Under the pieces are notes generated by a model. That model was not told where the DNA came from. It was given only the letters and a program-made list of their open reading frames with translations, and made no database searches. A stretch of 51,533 nt of DNA from Atribacterota bacterium (GTDB lineage: Bacteria; Atribacterota; Phoenicimicrobiia; Phoenicimicrobiales; Phoenicimicrobiaceae), in NCBI GenBank assembly GCA_038203565.1, contig JBBRDV010000004.1:1-51533 (forward strand), in the 5' to 3' direction. Position 1 is the first letter of the stretch. Every line of letters starts with the position of its first letter. The position numbers and the translations under genes are program-made. Of the stretch, positions 47,582 through 51,533 are shown in pieces.

Positions 47582-48394
47582 ATGTATAGAATATTATTTA
47601 CCATTAGTTCATTTTCCATTTATTCTTACGGAGTGATGATCGCTTTAGCTTTTATTGCAGCCATTCTTTTTGCTATGAAAGAAGCAAAAAAAAGTCAAGA
47701 AGACCCGGAAAGAATTTTGGATATAAGCCTGTATGTGATTTTAGGTGCCTTGATTGGGGGCAGATTGGGATATGTTTTAACCAACCTTGATTATTATATG
47801 AGAAACCCTATGCAAATATTATATTTTAGGCAGGGTGGATTAAGCTTTTTAGGGGGATTTTTTGTAGCTTACTTTCTATGCTGGTTGTATGTCAAAAGAA
47901 CTAAGATTTCATTCTGGAAATATGCTGATATTGCTGCTCCCTCCATTGCTCTCGGAATAGGGATCGGGAGGATAGGTTGTTTTTTAAACGGCTGCTGCTT
48001 TGGTGTAGTATCGGAAAATTACGGTATTAAATTTCCTTCTTTACATATGCCCCCGGTATATTTACAGCAATTAAAAGATGGATTGATTGCCTCCGGAAGT
48101 TCCTATACTCTCCCGGTAATTCCTACCCAAATCTATAGTTCTTTATTTGACGGATTTTTATTATTTTTTATCCTCCTCTGGATGAAAAAATATAAGAAAT
48201 ATGATGGGTTTATTATGTTGAGCTTTTTTATATTATTTTCAATTTCCCGCTTTATCATAGAATTTTTCAGATTTTACGAAAATAATTACAAAGTTTTTAA
48301 TTTATTCACCATTACTCAGGCTATTTTGATAGGAGTTGTATTGGTTTCCCTGGTGTTTATGAATATTTTAAAGAAGAAAAGTAAGAAAGCATAA
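47582..48394 (+). CDS. lgt: Prolipoprotein diacylglyceryl transferase
   Basis: YG..IA, GGRL.Y, GGLSF.GG, GRIGCFLNG, PTQIY and RFIIEFFR motifs. Confidence 0.92.
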   Translation: MYRILFTISSFSIYSYGVMIALAFIAAILFAMKEAKKSQEDPERILDISLYVILGALIGGRLGYVLTNLDYYMRNPMQILYFRQGGLSFLGGFFVAYFLCWLYVKRTKISFWKYADIAAPSIALGIGIGRIGCFLNGCCFGVVSENYGIKFPSLHMPPVYLQQLKDGLIASGSSYTLPVIPTQIYSSLFDGFLLFFILLWMKKYKKYDGFIMLSFFILFSISRFIIEFFRFYENNYKVFNLFTITQAILIGVVLVSLVFMNILKKKSKKA

Positions 48395-48497
48395 ATAGAG
48401 AATAAAGATTTGACCCCAGTAATTTTATTGAAAATAATTTTAGCTTTTTGGGAAATAATTGCGATATAATTTAAATAAAAATTTAGGTGAAGCAATT

Positions 48498-49706
48498 TTG
48501 GAAACCGAAAAATCAGATCATAAAAAAAATAAAGCTAAAGATACAGTTTTAGAATTAGAATATGACCAACAGAATTATATTAAATACCTATTAGATTACT
48601 CCTCAGATTTTCAAATAACCCTGGATAGCCAAGGAAAGATTAGGAGAGTGAATCAGGTTTTTGAAGAAATGATCGGAAAAAAGAAGGAGGAATTAATTGG
48701 TAGTTTTATTTTTGAATTCATACCGGAAGAAATAATAAAAAAATTAAGAGATAAAATAATAATAGAAAAAAGGGTAAAGAATATAGAAATAAAGTTAAAG
48801 AGGCCAGGAAGGGAACTTTTAATTGGTGATTTCTCAGGTGTGGTATCCACTAGTAAAGAAGGAGAGACTATTATTTATCTAAGTGGTAGGGATATTGCTG
48901 CTGAAAGAAGAAAATTACAACAAAATCTTATGAAGTTAAATGAAAACTTAGAGAAAAAAGTAATGAAAAAAACCAAAGAATTAAGAAAAGCTCAAGACCA
49001 GCTTATTCAATCGGAAAAATTATCTGTAATCGGAGAATTGGTGACCGGTGTAGCCCATGAGGTTAGGAATCCTTTAGCTACCATAAGCCTAATTGTTCAA
49101 CATTTAGAGAGCAAATATTCTGATAATTACCCCATAGAAAAATTACAAGCAATTCAAAGAAATATAGATCGTATAGATAAGATTGTCTGTGGCTTGTTAA
49201 ATTTTTCTCATCCCCTTCGCTCTAATTTTGACTATCGCAATGTCAATGAAATAATAGAAAGATTAGAGCCGATTTTAAAGCATTCTCTTCCAGAGAATAT
49301 AAAGATCATTAAAAAATATGATCCAAAATTGCCCCAGAGCTGGTTTGATTCAGATTGCCTGGAACAGGTTTTTTTAAACTTAATTTCTAATGCCATACGG
49401 GCGATGAAATATGGTGGAGAACTTTATATTACTACCAGTTTTAATTCTACCCAGGAAGGAATAATAATAAGATTTGAAGATACGGGGGTAGGCATCCCGG
49501 AAGGAAATCTCAAAAAGATATTTAAACCCTTTTTTACTACTTATAAGGAAGGCACTGGTTTAGGCCTTTCTATTTGCCAGAATATCATCAAGGAACATAA
49601 GGGTAATATTTCGGTAGAGAGTAAGTTAGGAAAGGGGACAATTTTTACTATTTTCTTACCCCTGGAAAAAAGAAAAGAGAAAAAGCAGGTGGTGGATGCG
49701 ACATAA
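48498..49706 (+). CDS. Cytoplasmic PAS-domain sensor histidine kinase (NtrB/AtoS-like)
   Basis: PAS region, SEKLS..GE...GVAHEVRNPL, NLISNA, DTGVG and FFTT..GTGLGL. No TM segment. TTG at 48498 follows AGGTG (ORF-track start 48459). Confidence 0.92.
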   Translation: METEKSDHKKNKAKDTVLELEYDQQNYIKYLLDYSSDFQITLDSQGKIRRVNQVFEEMIGKKKEELIGSFIFEFIPEEIIKKLRDKIIIEKRVKNIEIKLKRPGRELLIGDFSGVVSTSKEGETIIYLSGRDIAAERRKLQQNLMKLNENLEKKVMKKTKELRKAQDQLIQSEKLSVIGELVTGVAHEVRNPLATISLIVQHLESKYSDNYPIEKLQAIQRNIDRIDKIVCGLLNFSHPLRSNFDYRNVNEIIERLEPILKHSLPENIKIIKKYDPKLPQSWFDSDCLEQVFLNLISNAIRAMKYGGELYITTSFNSTQEGIIIRFEDTGVGIPEGNLKKIFKPFFTTYKEGTGLGLSICQNIIKEHKGNISVESKLGKGTIFTIFLPLEKRKEKKQVVDAT

Positions 49707-51118
49707 TGACTAAGGCTAATATTTTAATCATTGATGATGAAGTAGATTTATGCCAGAGTCTGCTTGAATTATTAGAGGAGGAAGAATACAAAGTTTTTAT
49801 CGCCCATAGTGGTAAGGAAGGTTTGATAAAGGTCAAAGAAAATTTACCTGATTTAGTCCTTTTAGATATAAAGATGACCGGAATAGATGGGATTGAGACT
49901 TTAGAGAGAATAACAGCCATTGATAAGGATATTCAAGTGATTATGTTAACTGCTTATCAGACTGTAGAAACTGCAGTAAAGGCGATGAAACTGGGAGCTT
50001 ACGATTATATTAGTAAGCCTTTTAACTATGAAGAATTAAAGATAATCATTAAAAGAGCTCTTCAGGCTCATGATTTATCTCAAGAAGTAATTTCCTTAAG
50101 AGATCAACTGAGAGACAAATTTAGTTTTAAGAATATTATTGGAAAGAGCGATAAAATAAAAGAAGTGCTGTATAAGATTGAAAAGGTTGCTCCCACCAAT
50201 GCCACTGTGTTGATTAGAGGAGATAGCGGTTCCGGGAAAGAATTAATTGCGAAGACTATTCATCAATATAGTCCCAGAAGAGATAGACCATTTATAGCCG
50301 TTGATTGCGCCAGCTTGCCAGAGACTTTAATAGAGAGTGAATTATTTGGGCATACTAAGGGGGCCTTTACCGGGGCAATAGCGAAAAAAATAGGTAAATT
50401 TGAATTAGCGCAAAGCGGGACACTTTTTTTAGATGAGATTGGTAATTTAACAGTTAATATTCAAGCTAAGCTATTAAGAGCACTTCAGGAAGGGGAGATA
50501 AACCGTATCGGAGAAAAGTATCCGATTAAAATTGACGTGCGATTGATCATTGCCAGTAATACTAATTTAGAAGAGGATATAAAAAGAGGGACTTTTAGAG
50601 AAGACTTATATTATCGTATAAATGTTTTTTCTATCTTCCTTCCTGCTTTAAAGGAAAGAAAAGAAGATATACCTTTATTAGCCTTGCATTTTCTAAATCA
50701 ATATAACTCGATTTTGGGAAAAAATATCAAGAATATCTCGGAAGAAAGTATAAAATTGCTGATAAATTATTCCTGGCCAGGTAATGTTCGAGAACTTCAA
50801 AATGTTATCCAGCAGGCCATTATTATGGCTGAAGATATTATTATTCTACCAGAGCATTTACCTTTTTATATAAGAGAGAACAAAGTAGGGGCAGACTTTA
50901 TACCTACTCTCCTATCGGAAAAAGACCAGGATAATTTCCCCCACGACTTCTCCCTTAAAAAAAATATTAGCCAACTTTCTCGAGATACGGAAAGAAGAAT
51001 TATTTTAGAAGTGTTAAAAAGAGCTAATTGGAATAAGGCTGAAGCAGCTAGATTATTAAAGATAAATTATAAAACCCTCTATCTAAAGATTAAAGAATAT
51101 GACCTTCACCCTACTTAA
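49706..51118 (+). CDS. Sigma54-dependent response regulator (NtrC family bacterial enhancer-binding protein)
   Basis: REC domain (DD, D, K), GDSGSGKE, ELFGH.KGAFTGA, WPGNVREL and a Fis-type HTH. Its start overlaps the kinase stop codon. Confidence 0.95.
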   Translation: MTKANILIIDDEVDLCQSLLELLEEEEYKVFIAHSGKEGLIKVKENLPDLVLLDIKMTGIDGIETLERITAIDKDIQVIMLTAYQTVETAVKAMKLGAYDYISKPFNYEELKIIIKRALQAHDLSQEVISLRDQLRDKFSFKNIIGKSDKIKEVLYKIEKVAPTNATVLIRGDSGSGKELIAKTIHQYSPRRDRPFIAVDCASLPETLIESELFGHTKGAFTGAIAKKIGKFELAQSGTLFLDEIGNLTVNIQAKLLRALQEGEINRIGEKYPIKIDVRLIIASNTNLEEDIKRGTFREDLYYRINVFSIFLPALKERKEDIPLLALHFLNQYNSILGKNIKNISEESIKLLINYSWPGNVRELQNVIQQAIIMAEDIIILPEHLPFYIRENKVGADFIPTLLSEKDQDNFPHDFSLKKNISQLSRDTERRIILEVLKRANWNKAEAARLLKINYKTLYLKIKEYDLHPT

Positions 51119-51142
51119 TTCTTAGAGATGAAATTTATGGTA

Positions 51143-51188
51143 ACCCTATTTATGGTCAATAGACCATAAATAGGGTAGGGAAACCATA
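51143..51188. promoter_or_regulatory. Candidate upstream activator (enhancer) sites
   Basis: Perfect 15-bp inverted repeat ACCCTATTTATGGTC / GACCATAAATAGGGT. It resolves into two TA(T/G)GGT-N6-ACCATA sites at 51151 and 51171. Confidence 0.55.
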
Positions 51189-51317
51189 GAAAAAGGAATA
51201 AAATAAAATAAAATAATTAAAAAAAAGAATCAAAAATAAATAATATTAAATTAAAATTCCTTATTATCAATGCATTTGGAAAAATCCGAATGCATTTTTT
51301 ATTTTTATCGGTTAAGT

Positions 51318-51333
51318 TGGCACACTAATTGCT
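51318..51333 (+). promoter_or_regulatory. Sigma54 (-24/-12) promoter of gvpA
   Basis: TGGCAC-ACTAA-TTGCT matches the TGGCAC-N5-TTGCW consensus exactly. Confidence 0.88.
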
Positions 51334-51424
51334 TACTATAAGTATATAGAAATAAAAATTTACCAAAAGAAGTACTTAATCTCTTTGGGTAGAAAATCTA
51401 AAAAATGAAAGGAGGTGAAAAATA

Positions 51425-51533
51425 ATGGCAGTAGAAAAATCAATGGCATCTTCAAGTTTAGTAGAAGTTGTAGACAGAATATTGGACAAAGGTATAGTAA
51501 TCGATGCTTGGGTCAGAGTGTCCTTAGTAGGTA
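51425..51533 (+). CDS. gvpA: Gas vesicle structural protein GvpA, 5' part (runs off window)
   Basis: Not in the ORF track. AAGGAGGTG RBS, then [36 protein letters not shown], matching the canonical GvpA N-terminus. Confidence 0.93.
   Translation, partial: MAVEKSMASSSLVEVVDRILDKGIVIDAWVRVSLVG

Overview
AT-rich bacterial chromosome segment. Every credible gene is on the + strand. Gene content and style suggest an anaerobe, possibly Atribacterota/JS1-like (inference only). In order it holds: the 3' end of a CPBP protease; a deleted and frameshifted GNAT pseudogene; ndk; an uncharacterised operon (1641-aa HD + HEAT-like + NadD-like nucleotidyltransferase + GNAT-like + PRTase-like protein, an LDH/MDH-fold protein, a tandem flavodoxin/iron-sulfur flavoprotein, rlmN); tRNA-Ile2(CAU); a Zn-ribbon protein; RNase P RNA with a ~114-nt repeat-built P19 arm; a dcw cluster lacking murD and ddl; nrdR with an NrdR-boxed class III RNR operon (nrdD-thioredoxin-nrdG); pgeF; a five-gene proline/sarcosine dehydrogenase-like complex with a LIV-type ABC transporter; phoU; yggS-yggT-divIVA-yggU-ileS-lspA-lgt; a PAS histidine kinase with a sigma54 activator; and the start of the gas vesicle gene gvpA behind a perfect sigma54 promoter with candidate enhancer sites. 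Intergenic spaces carry a family of degenerate 7/8-mer tandem repeats, GTAG-type REPs, a GGGGTCA inverted-repeat miniature element and a BoxC-like repeat. The best candidates for new biology are the giant multidomain-protein operon, the two-component/sigma54-controlled gas vesicle locus, and the short-period repeat family that also appears inside RNase P RNA.
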